NCBI GenBank assembly: GCA_963704165.1
Contig: CAVPHD010000004.1
Span: 384,001-448,000, forward strand
Direction of reading: 5' to 3'
Origin: an uncultured delta proteobacterium
GTDB taxonomy: Bacteria; Myxococcota_A; UBA9160; SZUA-336
Length of the DNA stretch: 64,000 nucleotides
The notes beneath the pieces are model-generated. The model saw nothing but the letters and a program-made list of their open reading frames with translations, had not been told where the DNA came from and ran no database searches. Position numbers and translations under genes: made by a program. Positions 48,732-58,725 of the stretch are shown one piece after another; the first letter of the stretch is position 1, and every line of letters starts with the position of its first letter.

Positions 48732-49725
48732 GTGAGAGCTTCCGCGTTCGGCACAGCACTCGCGCTCGCGCTGCTTCGCGCTCGTGCCGGGCTGCAACGA
48801 CTCGGGCTCTCCGACGGGCGCCGCGGGATTTCGCGTCGCGCTCCTGACTCCCGGCTCGATTCGCGACGGTGGCTGGAACCAGAGCGCGTACGAGGGGCTC
48901 GAGCGGATCCGTGACGAGCTCGGCGCCGAGATCGCGCACCAGGAGGCGAAGACCCCGCAGGACTTCGAGTCCGGCTTCCGCGATTTCGCCGCGCGCGGGT
49001 TCAGCCTGGTCTTCGGTCACGGCTTCGAGTTCCAGGACGCCGCTTCGCGGGTCTCGAAGGAGTACCCGAACACGATCTTCGTCACGACGAGCGGCTCGAC
49101 GATCCGCTCGAACGTCGCGCCGATCGTCTTCGAGCTCGAAGAGGCGACCTACCTGCTCGGCTTCCTCGGCGCGCGCATGTCGGTGCGCTCCAAGGTGGGC
49201 GCGATCGGGGGCGTGAAGATTCCGTCGGTCGAGAGCACGTTCACCGCGTATCAGGCCGGCGCGATCCGCGCGCGCGGACACGCGGAGACGACGGTCTCGT
49301 ACATCGGCAGCTGGACCGACGTCTCGGCCGCGCGCGAGGCGACGCTCGCGCAGATCGCGGGCGGCGTCGACGTCGTGATCCACAACGCGAACGAAGCCGC
49401 GGCGGGGTTCTTCCAGGCCGTCACCGAGAGCCCGGGCGTGTGGGCGTTCGGCACGAACAAGAACCAGAACGACCGCGCGCCCGAACGCGTGCTCGCCTCG
49501 GCGACGCTCGACGTCCCGCGCGCGCTGGTTCTGGTCGCGCAGGAAGTGAAGTCCGGTTCGTTCAACGCGCGCGCGATGCGCTTCGGTCTGCGCAGCGGGG
49601 TCGTGAAGATCGAGTGGAACGAGGCCCTGCGCGAGAAGATCCCGGCGGAGCTGCGGCAGGAAGTCGAGAAGCTACAGGCCGATGTCGTCTCGGGATCGAT
49701 CTCCGTGCCGCGCGGGAGCTTCTGA
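48732..49725 (+). CDS. BMP-family ABC substrate-binding lipoprotein (frameshift in signal peptide near 48775)
   Basis: DGGWNQSAYEGL, GHGFEF, YIGSWTD. Signal peptide and lipobox (VPGC) fall in different frames. Confidence 0.88.
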
Positions 49726-49729
49726 GCGC

Positions 49730-51178
49730 TTGCCGCGCGTCGCGCTGCGCGACATTCGCAAGCGCTTCGGCGCCACCGAGGCGCTGCGCGGCGCGAGCCT
49801 CGCGCTCGAGCCCGGCTCCGTCCACGCGCTGCTCGGCGAGAACGGCGCGGGCAAGACCACGCTCGTTCGCACGCTGTACGGAAGTGTTCGTCCCGACTCG
49901 GGCGTGATCGAGATCGACGGGCGTGCGGTCGAGATCGAGAGCCCGCGCGCGGCGCTCGCGCTCGGCATCGGCCTCGTGCACCAGCACTTCATGCTCGTGC
50001 CCGCGCTCTCGGTCGCCGAGAACCTTCTGCTCGGCGAGCCGGGTTCGATCTGGCTGCCGCGCGCGAAGCGCAACGCCGAGGCCGCCGCGCTGCTCGAGCG
50101 CTTCGGCCTCGCGCTCGACCCCGAGGCCCGGACCGAGACGCTCGCGGTCGCGCAGATGCAGCGTCTCGAAATCGCACGGGCGCTCGCGCGCGGCGCGAAC
50201 GTTCTCGTTCTCGACGAGCCCACCGCCGTGCTCGCGCCGTCCGAGGTCGACGAGCTTCTCGCGCTTCTCGCCCGCCTTCGCGACCAGGGCAAGAGCATCG
50301 TCCTGATCTCGCACAAGCTCGAGGAGATCACGGCGGTCTGCGACCGGGTGACGGTGCTGCGCGCGGGGGAGACGGTTTCGAGCCAGCCGCTCGCGGGGCT
50401 CGACGCGAGCGAGCTCGGCCGCTTGATGGTCGGCGACGCGCCGCCGCCTCCGGGACGTCCACCGGAAACCGAGCCGGGTCCGCTCGCGCTGTCGCTCTCC
50501 GGTGTACGTGTACCCGGGCTCGCCGGGATCGATCTCGAGCTGCGCGCGGGTGAGCTCGTCGCGCTCGCCGGAATCGACGGCAACGGCCAGGGTCCGCTCG
50601 AGGAGCTGTTCGCGGGCGTGCGCGCGCTCGATGCGGGCACGCTTCGCGTCCTGCGCCCGCCGCTCGCTCTGCTCTCCGGCGATCGCCAGCGCACGGGGCT
50701 CGTGCTCGACCTCTCCGTGGCGGAGAACCTGGTGCTGCCCGAGGCCGCACGCGGTGGTGACACGCAGGTGTTTCGGGCGGGGATCGCGCGCCCGTCCGAG
50801 CTGCGCTTCGAGACGCGCGCGGCGATCGAGCGCTTCGGGATCCGGGCCGGACCCGACGATCCCGCGCGCTCTCTCTCGGGTGGCAACCAGCAGAAGCTCT
50901 GCGTGGCGCGCGCCCTGCGCGCGCGTCCGGGGGTGCTCGTGGCGGTGAACCCGACGCGCGGGCTCGATCTCGAAGCGACGGCCGCGGTGCGCGAAGAGCT
51001 TCGCCGCGAGGTGCGCGAAGGCACGGCCGTGCTGCTGATCTCGACCGAGCTCGACGAGGTTCTCGAGCTCGGCCAGCGGATCGCGGTTCTGTTTCGCGGC
51101 CGGCTCCTGCCCGTTGCATCCGATGCGCGAACTCGGGTGGCGATCGGCCGGCTGATGCTCGGTGAGGCCGCGACGTGA
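49730..51178 (+). CDS. Nucleoside/sugar ABC transporter ATP-binding protein
   Basis: GENGAGKT, LDEPT, LSGGNQQK, PTRGLD. Confidence 0.92.
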   Translation: MPRVALRDIRKRFGATEALRGASLALEPGSVHALLGENGAGKTTLVRTLYGSVRPDSGVIEIDGRAVEIESPRAALALGIGLVHQHFMLVPALSVAENLLLGEPGSIWLPRAKRNAEAAALLERFGLALDPEARTETLAVAQMQRLEIARALARGANVLVLDEPTAVLAPSEVDELLALLARLRDQGKSIVLISHKLEEITAVCDRVTVLRAGETVSSQPLAGLDASELGRLMVGDAPPPPGRPPETEPGPLALSLSGVRVPGLAGIDLELRAGELVALAGIDGNGQGPLEELFAGVRALDAGTLRVLRPPLALLSGDRQRTGLVLDLSVAENLVLPEAARGGDTQVFRAGIARPSELRFETRAAIERFGIRAGPDDPARSLSGGNQQKLCVARALRARPGVLVAVNPTRGLDLEATAAVREELRREVREGTAVLLISTELDEVLELGQRIAVLFRGRLLPVASDARTRVAIGRLMLGEAAT

Positions 51179-52191
51179 CGCGGCTGCGTGCCTTCGCACA
51201 GCCCTTCGGTGCGGCCGTCGTGGCGCTCGCGGCGTCGGCGGCGCTGCTCGCGCTGATCGGCGCGGATCCGATCGCGGCCTTCGCCGCGCTCGCGTCCGGG
51301 GCCTTCGGCGACTCGATCGCGCTCGAGAACACCGTCGTGCGTATGGGCCCGCTGCTCCTGGTCGGGCTCGGCGTCGCGATGTCGTTCCGCTGCGGGATCT
51401 GGAACATCGGCGGGGAAGGGCAGCTCTACGTCGGCGCGCTCGCCGCCACCGCTTTCGTGACGCGCGGGCTCGGCCCGGAGGCCGGGGCCGTCGCGGTCCC
51501 GCTCGCGCTGCTCGTCGGCGCCGGGGCCGGCGCGCTCTGGGCCGGGATCGCCGCGGCGCTGCGCGTGCGTCGCGGTGTCTCCGAAGTTCTCTCGACCATC
51601 CTGCTGAACTTCGTCGCCGTCCTCGCCGTCGCGTGGGCCGTTCACGGTCCGCTCCAGGAAGCGAGTGGCGCATATCCGCAGAGCGACGCGTTCCCCGACC
51701 TGGCCCGGCTCGCGATTCTGCCCGGGCTGCGCCGTGTGCACGCCGGGCTCGCGCTCGCCGTCGCGCTGCCGTTCGCCGTCTGGGTCCTGTTGTTCCGCTC
51801 GTCGGCGGGTCTGCGCCTGCGTTCGGTCGGGCTCTCGCCCGAAGCTTCGCGGTACGCGGGCGTGTCACCCGAGCGCGAGACGGTGCGCGTGCTCGTGATC
51901 TCGGGTGCGCTCGCGGGGATCGCGGGCGCGCTCGAAGTCTGCGGCGTCACCGGACGCCTGTTCGAGAACCTCGCCTCGGGCTACGGCTTCACGGCGGTGG
52001 CGGTCGCGCTGCTCGCGCGTCTGAATCCGCTCGGCGTGCTTCCGGCTGCGTTCTTCTTCGCCGCGCTCGCCTCGGGAAGCGGTGCGATGCAGCGCGTGGC
52101 GGCCGTTCCCTCGGTCGCGGTCCAGGTGATCGAGGCGCTCGTGATCTTCCTCTCGGTGAGCTTCGCGATGCCGAAGCGGGGGGCGTCGTGA
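51175..52191 (+). CDS. Nucleoside-type ABC transporter permease
   Basis: WNIGGEGQ, SEVLSTILLNF, GYGFTAVAVALLARLNP. Confidence 0.92.
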   Translation: MTRLRAFAQPFGAAVVALAASAALLALIGADPIAAFAALASGAFGDSIALENTVVRMGPLLLVGLGVAMSFRCGIWNIGGEGQLYVGALAATAFVTRGLGPEAGAVAVPLALLVGAGAGALWAGIAAALRVRRGVSEVLSTILLNFVAVLAVAWAVHGPLQEASGAYPQSDAFPDLARLAILPGLRRVHAGLALAVALPFAVWVLLFRSSAGLRLRSVGLSPEASRYAGVSPERETVRVLVISGALAGIAGALEVCGVTGRLFENLASGYGFTAVAVALLARLNPLGVLPAAFFFAALASGSGAMQRVAAVPSVAVQVIEALVIFLSVSFAMPKRGAS

Positions 52192-53072
52192 TCGAGCCCG
52201 CGACGCTCCTGCTTCTGGTCTCGACGCTGCGGCTCGCGACGCCGCTCGCGCTCGCCGCGATGGGAGAGCTGGTGGCCGAGCGCGCGGGCGTGCTCAACAT
52301 CGGCATCGAGGGGATGATGCTCGCCGGCGCGCTCGCGGCGTTCTCGGTCGGCGCCGCGACGGACTCGGTCCTCGCCGGCTGCGTCGCCGGGATCGTCTCC
52401 GGCGTCGCGATGGCCGCGCTCTTCGCGTACTTCGTGCTGCGCCGGAACGCCGATCCGATCGTCTCGGGGACCGCGTTGAACGTGCTCGCGCTCGGGCTGA
52501 CCGGCGTGATCTTTCGCGGCTTGAATCCGCCCGGCAGTGCGCTCGCGCGTGCGCCGCAGGTCGGCGAGCTCGCGTCCGGGATGAACCTGTACCTCGTCGT
52601 CGTGCTCGCACTCGTCGCCGCGGTCGCGCTGGTTCTCGGCCGCACACGCTTCGGGCTCGAGCTCCGCGCCGTCGGCGAGCGCGCCGAGGCGGCGCACGTG
52701 CAGGGCGTGAACGTCCTGCGGCTGCGCTGGCTGGCCGTGCTCTTCGGCGGCGCGTGCGCCGGTCTCGCCGGCTCGTCGCTCGTGCTCTGGATCTCGGACA
52801 CGTTCGTCGAGGGCATGACGAGCGGACGCGGCTTCATCGCGCTCTCGCTCGTACTCTTCGGCGGCTACCGGCCGCTGCGCATCCTGGCGGGCGCGCTCCT
52901 CTTCGGCGCCGCGAACGCGCTGCAGTACCGCCTGCAGGCCTCCGGCTCGGCCATTCCCTACAACCTGTTGCTGATGACGCCGTACCTGCTGACGCTGCTC
53001 GTGCTCGCGCTCTTCGCCGGCCGCGTGCGCGCGCCCGCGGATCTCGCGCGGCCGTTCAGATCCCGCGAGTGA
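52188..53072 (+). CDS. Nucleoside-type ABC transporter permease
   Basis: ERAGVLNIGIEG, GRGFIALSLVLFG; GTGA overlap with the previous gene. Confidence 0.92.
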   Translation: MIEPATLLLLVSTLRLATPLALAAMGELVAERAGVLNIGIEGMMLAGALAAFSVGAATDSVLAGCVAGIVSGVAMAALFAYFVLRRNADPIVSGTALNVLALGLTGVIFRGLNPPGSALARAPQVGELASGMNLYLVVVLALVAAVALVLGRTRFGLELRAVGERAEAAHVQGVNVLRLRWLAVLFGGACAGLAGSSLVLWISDTFVEGMTSGRGFIALSLVLFGGYRPLRILAGALLFGAANALQYRLQASGSAIPYNLLLMTPYLLTLLVLALFAGRVRAPADLARPFRSRE

Positions 53073-53074
53073 CT

Positions 53075-54958
53075 CTAGGTGTAGTCGGCGAGTGCCGTTC
53101 GAAGTCGGAAGAGACTGTCGCGGAGCCCGCCCTCGCGGCTGCGCTCTCGCCAGCACGCGGCCTGCTCGACGACGAGCGGCTCGAGATCGGCGCGAAGCTC
53201 GGATGCCGGGGGTCCGCCCGAGCTCGTCGCGTGCATCAATCGCAGCGCGCCGTGTCGCGCGAGCGCGGCGGCCTGCCGGAGCTCACGCGCGCAGATCTCG
53301 CCGCCGAAGCCCGCCGGTCGGGCGCGCACCAGTGACTCGCCGAGAGCGCGAAGCTCGTCGGCGATCGCTTCGAGACGCGGGCCACTGGTCTCGCCCCAGG
53401 TCAGCGCGGGCGCGCGGCCGAGCGGCGTGAAGAGCGCCGTCGCCAGCGGACTCGAGTTCAGCACGTCGAGGCCCGTCTCGGCGCCAATCTCGCCGAGCCG
53501 GACGAGAGCTGCGCCGATCACGCGCTCGCGATCGCGGAGCACGAGCACGTCGAGCGCGCGCTCGAGGTCGAGATCGCTCTGGCTCGCGAGACACCAGCTC
53601 GAGGCCGCGCCGTACGCGAGCGCGGGCAGGCTGACGACCGGCGGCTGCAGGTGGCCGCGGTCGCCCCAGTCGGTGATCAAGACGCCGTCGGCACCGCCGC
53701 CGACTCCCATCTCGACCGCGTCGCGCAGGTTCGCGAGCGCGTTCGGCAGTCGGCCGAGCAGCGAGAGCCAGCTCGACGTGCCGGGACAGACGCGAAACGG
53801 GACGCGCGCGCGCGCGTAGGGTCCGGCGAGCGTCGCGAATCCGCGCACGCCCTCGAGGTCGATCCCCACGCCGCTCAAGACCTCGCGCACCGAAGCGCCG
53901 AGCGTCGCGGGGTCGCGCGGTGCCTCGTAGCCCCAGGCCAGCGCGACGGTCCGTTCGCGCGGGAGATCGCCGATCAGCTCCGGATGCTGCACGACGATGT
54001 CGCCCCAGAACTGCACGTCGCGGTCGTCGGCGTGCAGTCCGCGCATCAGCTCGAGCAGGTAGTCGAGGTAGACGCGTCCCTTGCCGCGCGCCTCGCACGC
54101 ACCGCGGCTCCTTCCGCGTCCGAGCTCGAACGTCTCGTCGCAGCCGATGTTCACGCTCCGGCTCGTGAAGTTCGGCAGCAGCTCCGCGTAGAGCGAGCGC
54201 ATGAACGCGACGCTCTCCGCGGCGGGCGCGAGACACGCGGCGGTCGGAGAGTGGCCATCGAGCTCGGCGAGCGGGCGATACTCCGGGTGTCGGAGCCAGC
54301 GCTCCATGTGGCCGAAGCTGTTCTGATTGGGCACGAGCTCGATGCCGCGTTCGGCGCAGGCGGCGTCGAGACAGCGGATCTCGAGCGGCGTGAGCGGAGA
54401 AGCGTCGCGCCAGACGCGCTCGTGGGCCGCGTACGCAAAGGTGTGTTCGGTGTAGAGCTGAAGCTCGTTCAGCCGCAGCTCCTCGAGCAGATCGAGAAGC
54501 TCGAAGAGCGTTCCCATCGTCGGTACGCGGTCGCGGCTGACGTCGAGCATGTAGCCGCGCACGCGAAGGTCGGGCCAGTCGCGGATGCGCAGGAGCGGGA
54601 GCTCCCTCCCCGATTGAAGAACGATCTGCGACAGCAGGCCCGCGCCCCAGTTGAGCCCGCGCCGATCGCGCGCGCGAAGCGCGATACCGTTCGCCGCGAT
54701 CTCGAGCGAGAAGCCCTCGTCGGGCAACGCGGACGCGGGGTCGATCGCGAGCTCGATCGCGGGTGCATCACCGGCCGGCGCAATCGCCGGCAGTCGGGCA
54801 TCGCGGCCGAGGCACGCGAGCAGGCGCGCGCGCGCGCGCTCGGCATCGAGCGGCCGTTCCGCACGGACGTGCACTGCGGGAATCGCGTCGAGCCGCAGGA
54901 CCCCCGACTCGATCCGCAGCTCACGCGGCCGTGGCAAGAACTCGAGCCGACTCGCCAT
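53075..54958 (-). CDS. Glycoside hydrolase family 20 (beta-N-acetylhexosaminidase-like)
   Basis: RGYMLDVSR, PNQNSFGH, NIGCDE catalytic pair, ITDWGD.GH. Confidence 0.88.
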   Translation of the reverse strand: MASRLEFLPRPRELRIESGVLRLDAIPAVHVRAERPLDAERARARLLACLGRDARLPAIAPAGDAPAIELAIDPASALPDEGFSLEIAANGIALRARDRRGLNWGAGLLSQIVLQSGRELPLLRIRDWPDLRVRGYMLDVSRDRVPTMGTLFELLDLLEELRLNELQLYTEHTFAYAAHERVWRDASPLTPLEIRCLDAACAERGIELVPNQNSFGHMERWLRHPEYRPLAELDGHSPTAACLAPAAESVAFMRSLYAELLPNFTSRSVNIGCDETFELGRGRSRGACEARGKGRVYLDYLLELMRGLHADDRDVQFWGDIVVQHPELIGDLPRERTVALAWGYEAPRDPATLGASVREVLSGVGIDLEGVRGFATLAGPYARARVPFRVCPGTSSWLSLLGRLPNALANLRDAVEMGVGGGADGVLITDWGDRGHLQPPVVSLPALAYGAASSWCLASQSDLDLERALDVLVLRDRERVIGAALVRLGEIGAETGLDVLNSSPLATALFTPLGRAPALTWGETSGPRLEAIADELRALGESLVRARPAGFGGEICARELRQAAALARHGALRLMHATSSGGPPASELRADLEPLVVEQAACWRERSREGGLRDSLFRLRTALADYT

Positions 54959-54993
54959 TCTCCGATTCCCCCCTGCTCGAGCTACGAGTTAGC

Positions 54994-55665
54994 ATGAGCG
55001 GGCACGAAGGAGGAGACGCCCATGCCCGGTCCATTCCGTCGCGGACGGCTCGATTGAGGCTCGCGGCTCCGCTCCTTCTCGCTCTCGGCATTGCGATGTC
55101 CGCGGGTGCCGAATCGCTCTACGAGGCGCCCGCGCCCGGGAGCTACGAGCTTCCGCCGATCTCGACGGTTCGCGAGCACGTGCTCGTCGACGCGGACGGC
55201 GCTCGCGTCGGCTTCCCGCAGCTCGCGAAGGGGCAGGTGGCGCTCGTCGCGTTCATCTTCCGCGGCTGTCACGAGGCACAGGGCTGTCCGGCCTCGCTCG
55301 CGCTGCTCCGCGAGCTCGACCGCGGGCTCGAAGCCGCGCCGGAACGCGCCGCGCGCGTGCGGCTCGCCTGCGTGAGCTTCGACCCGGCGAACGACACGCC
55401 CGAGCGGATGAGCGAGCTGCGCGACATGATGGATCCGAAGACGGACTGGGGTTTCTTCGCGCCCGCCGGCGAAGTGGATCTCACCGCGCTGCTCGACGAC
55501 TACGGCCAGGACGCGACCCCGCTCGAGAACGGTGGCTTCCGCCACGTGCTGAAGATCTTCCTCATCGACGATCAGCTTCGTGTCCGGAACGTGTACTCCG
55601 CCGGACTGCTGAATCCGAAGCTCGTGCTCGCCGACATCGACACGCTCGCGAAGAGCGCGAAGTAG
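54994..55665 (+). CDS. SCO family protein
   Basis: FIFRGCHEAQGCP, SFDPANDTPE, H..KIFLID. Confidence 0.82.
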   Translation: MSGHEGGDAHARSIPSRTARLRLAAPLLLALGIAMSAGAESLYEAPAPGSYELPPISTVREHVLVDADGARVGFPQLAKGQVALVAFIFRGCHEAQGCPASLALLRELDRGLEAAPERAARVRLACVSFDPANDTPERMSELRDMMDPKTDWGFFAPAGEVDLTALLDDYGQDATPLENGGFRHVLKIFLIDDQLRVRNVYSAGLLNPKLVLADIDTLAKSAK

Positions 55666-55666
55666 A

Positions 55667-56815
55667 TCAGTCGCGCGAAGCGAGGATTCGCTCGAAGATC
55701 GCGCTCGCGGCTTCGACCTGATCGATCTCGACCCACTCGCGCGACGTGTGCGCCTGATCGATCGAGCCGGGACCGAAGACCACACCCGGGATGCCGTGGG
55801 CGCCGAACACACCGGCGTCGGTACCGAATCCGACACTGCCCGGCGTCGGGTCGAGCGCCGCGACCCGCAGCGCCGCCTGCACCGACTGCACCGACGGATC
55901 ATCGTCGGGCGTGGCCAGCGCCGCCTTCTCGAGCGAGCACCACTCCACGCGGACGCCGTCGAGCGAGTGCTTGGCGAGAAGGCCCTCGAGCTCGGCGCGC
56001 ACGCTGACGTCGTTCTCGCCGGGAAGGCAGCGACGGTCGAGCAAGAGCCAGGCGTCGTCGGGCACGACGTTGGTCGCGGTCCCACCGCCGATCCGTCCGA
56101 CGGATAGCGTCGCGGGGCCGAGCAGCGGGTTCGGGCGCTGCGCGAGCTCCGCGGCGAGCTCCTCGAGCGCGATCACCGTGCGACAGAGCGCGAGCACCGC
56201 GCTCCGTCCCCGAGCCGGATCGGAGCTGTGACACGACACACCGCTCGCGCGGATCCGCGCGTGCACGACCCCTTTGTGGCGCGTGACCACGCGGAGCTGC
56301 GTCGGCTCGGTCGCGATCACCCATTCCGGAGGATCGGACCCGAGGTGCGCGATCACGTCGTTCGCGCCGCTGCTGCCGAGCTCCTCGTCGGCTTCGCCGA
56401 CGACGATCAGATTTCGCCGCAGCGTGCCCTGAACGAGCACGCGTTCGAGCGCGGCGACGAGCGCCGCCATTCCGCCCTTCGTGTCGCAGGATCCGCGGCC
56501 GAAGACGCGACCGTCGGCGACGCGTGGATCGAAGGGCGGGATCTCCATGCCGTCGACCGGAACGGTGTCGAGGTGCGAGGCGACGAGCAGGGTGTCTCCG
56601 GCATCGGCGACCCGGGCGTGCGCGACGAGTGACGGTCGTGCCGGATCCCCGACCAGCTCGGCATCGAGGCCGAGTCGGCGCAGCTGCTCGCGTAGATGCT
56701 CCGCGTAGCGGCGTTCGCCGACGATCGCGGGATCCAGATCGTCGCGGCGCATCGGGTTCACCGAGGGGATCGCGATGTACTCGCGAAGATGGCGAATGCA
56801 CGCGCTCTCCCGCAC
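55667..56815 (-). CDS. M20 family metallopeptidase (acetylornithine deacetylase-like)
   Basis: SHLDTVP, GRGSCDTKG, DEE, EPT, GPGSIDQAH. Confidence 0.9.
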   Translation of the reverse strand: MRESACIRHLREYIAIPSVNPMRRDDLDPAIVGERRYAEHLREQLRRLGLDAELVGDPARPSLVAHARVADAGDTLLVASHLDTVPVDGMEIPPFDPRVADGRVFGRGSCDTKGGMAALVAALERVLVQGTLRRNLIVVGEADEELGSSGANDVIAHLGSDPPEWVIATEPTQLRVVTRHKGVVHARIRASGVSCHSSDPARGRSAVLALCRTVIALEELAAELAQRPNPLLGPATLSVGRIGGGTATNVVPDDAWLLLDRRCLPGENDVSVRAELEGLLAKHSLDGVRVEWCSLEKAALATPDDDPSVQSVQAALRVAALDPTPGSVGFGTDAGVFGAHGIPGVVFGPGSIDQAHTSREWVEIDQVEAASAIFERILASRD

Positions 56816-56905
56816 GTCCGGAGTCTAGCGCAGCACCCGGACTGCGACTTGACCCGTCGAATCCGGTCTCTAGGAGTTGCAGCAACCCGAAAGGAGGATC
56901 CATTC

Positions 56906-57352
56906 ATGGCGTTGTTCCGCTACGGACCCGATCGAGACCCGGCCAACGCGCTCTACCGCCTGCAGGGCGAGCTCGAGCGCGCGTTCGACAGTCGCTTCGG
57001 TCACGACCTGGGATTGCTCGGTCGCGGCGTGCATCCCGCGTGCAATATGTTCAGGAGCGGCGAGGATGTCGTCCTGCGCATCGAGGTTCCGGGATTCGCA
57101 CCGGAAGACCTCTCGATCACGAGCCAGGGACAGACGCTCGGCGTCAGCGGGAAGACGGCCGCGCGGGCGGAGCCCTCGGGCAGCTATCACCGGCGCGAGC
57201 GTCACGTCGGCGATTTCTCGCGCTCGATCCAGCTCCCGCGCGAGGTCGATCCCGCGCGCGCGACGGCAGAGTGCAAACACGGCGTGCTGACCATCCGCGT
57301 TCCGGCGCGTGACGAGGTCAAGCCCAAGCAGATCAGCATCAGCGGAGGATGA
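56906..57352 (+). CDS. Hsp20/alpha-crystallin small heat-shock protein
   Basis: AAAGGAGG RBS, EVPG, RRER..GDFSRSIQLP, HGVLTIRVP. Confidence 0.92.
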   Translation: MALFRYGPDRDPANALYRLQGELERAFDSRFGHDLGLLGRGVHPACNMFRSGEDVVLRIEVPGFAPEDLSITSQGQTLGVSGKTAARAEPSGSYHRRERHVGDFSRSIQLPREVDPARATAECKHGVLTIRVPARDEVKPKQISISGG

Positions 57353-57750
57353 CGGACATGGCGAACATCGAAGACTCGCGCGAGCGGGCGAAGAAGGGAA
57401 GTGACGACCAGCACACGCGTCCCGGTCGGACCTACCAGCCCAACGTGGACATCCTGGAGACGGAGCATGGCTTGCGCCTCTGGGCCGACATGCCGGGCGT
57501 GGATCAGAACTCGATCGACGTCGAGCTGGTCGACGACGTGATCACGCTCCGCGGCCGCGTCTCGACCGCGGACTACGAGAGCCTGACGCCGATCTACAGC
57601 GAGTACAACGTCGGGAACTACGAGGCGCGGTTCCGGCTCTCGAACACGATCGACGGAGCGCGCATCTCGGCGAAGCTCGCGAACGGCGTGCTCGAGGTCG
57701 AGCTTCCGAAGATCGAGGCCGCGAAGCCCCGACGCATCGAGATCAATTAG
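57349..57750 (+). CDS. Hsp20/alpha-crystallin small heat-shock protein
   Basis: PNVDILE, ADMPGV, NGVLEVELPK; ATGA-coupled. Confidence 0.92.
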   Translation: MTDMANIEDSRERAKKGSDDQHTRPGRTYQPNVDILETEHGLRLWADMPGVDQNSIDVELVDDVITLRGRVSTADYESLTPIYSEYNVGNYEARFRLSNTIDGARISAKLANGVLEVELPKIEAAKPRRIEIN

Positions 57751-58685
57751 ATTCCGACCTGCTTCAGGTAGCGCGAGACCCCTTCCTCGACGCTCGCGAA
57801 GGGGAGGTCGCAGCCGGCTCCGCGAAGCGCCGAGATGTCGGCCTGCGTGAAGCTCTGGTAGCTGCCTCGAAGTCCGGGCGGGAAGTCCACGTACTCGATC
57901 CGCCCGCGGCCGTGATGTGCGATCACGGCTCGGGCGACGTCGTTGAAGGTCTGCGCCCGGCCGGTGCCGACGTTGAAGATTCCCGAGACGTCGGGGTGAT
58001 CGAGAAAAAAGAGATTCACCGCGGCGACGTCGTCGACGTACACGAAATCGCGTCGCTGCTCGCCGGGGCCGTAGCCGTCGGAGCTCTCGAAGAGCCGGAC
58101 GACGTCGCCCTCGCGGAGCTGCAGGTGGTTCTTCCACGCGACGCTCGCCATCTCGGCCTTGTGCGCCTCGCGCGGCCCGTAGACGTTGAAGTAGCGCAGG
58201 CCGACGACCTGGCTGCGAGCGCTCGACGCGTGTCTCCGCACCCAGCGGTCGAAGAGCACCTTCGACCAGGCGTACAGGTTGAGGGGCTTCTCGAGCGCCG
58301 GGTCCTCGCGAAAGACCGGACCCATGCCGTAGACCGCGGCCGACGAGGCGTAGATCAGCGGGATCTCGCGCGCGGTCGCGAACCCGTGGAGCGTCTTCGA
58401 GTACTCGTAGTTGTCGGCCAGCATCGTGCGGCCGTTCCACTCCATGGTGTTGGAGCAGGCGCCCTGGTGGAAGATCGCCTCGACGCCGGAGAGCGTTCGC
58501 GATCCGATCCGGTCGAGAAACGAGTTCTTGTCGGCGAAGTCGAGGAAGTCGCAGTCGGCCAGGTTCCGGAACTTGCGGCCGTCCGCGAGGTCATCGACCA
58601 GGAGCAGATCGCTGCGGCCGCGCGCGTTCAGCGCACGAACCAGATTGCTGCCGATGAACCCGGCCGCGCCCGTGACGACGATCAA
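57747..58685 (-). CDS. rfaD: ADP-L-glycero-D-manno-heptose 6-epimerase
   Basis: TGAAGFIGSN, HQGACS.T.EW, YASSAAVYG, YAWSK, LRYFNVYGP.E.HK, YQSFTQAD. Confidence 0.95.
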   Translation of the reverse strand: MIVVTGAAGFIGSNLVRALNARGRSDLLLVDDLADGRKFRNLADCDFLDFADKNSFLDRIGSRTLSGVEAIFHQGACSNTMEWNGRTMLADNYEYSKTLHGFATAREIPLIYASSAAVYGMGPVFREDPALEKPLNLYAWSKVLFDRWVRRHASSARSQVVGLRYFNVYGPREAHKAEMASVAWKNHLQLREGDVVRLFESSDGYGPGEQRRDFVYVDDVAAVNLFFLDHPDVSGIFNVGTGRAQTFNDVARAVIAHHGRGRIEYVDFPPGLRGSYQSFTQADISALRGAGCDLPFASVEEGVSRYLKQVGI

Positions 58686-58725
58686 GCTCGACTCCCGTTG
58701 CGATCTGCCGGTATCCTGCCGCGCC

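Noticed and set aside
56816..56905. Heat-shock operator (CIRCE/HAIR) upstream of the Hsp20 pair
   Set aside because: No match to TTAGCACTC-N9-GAGTGCTAA or CTTGAGT-N7-ACTCAAG; only a TTGACC hexamer without a convincing -10.
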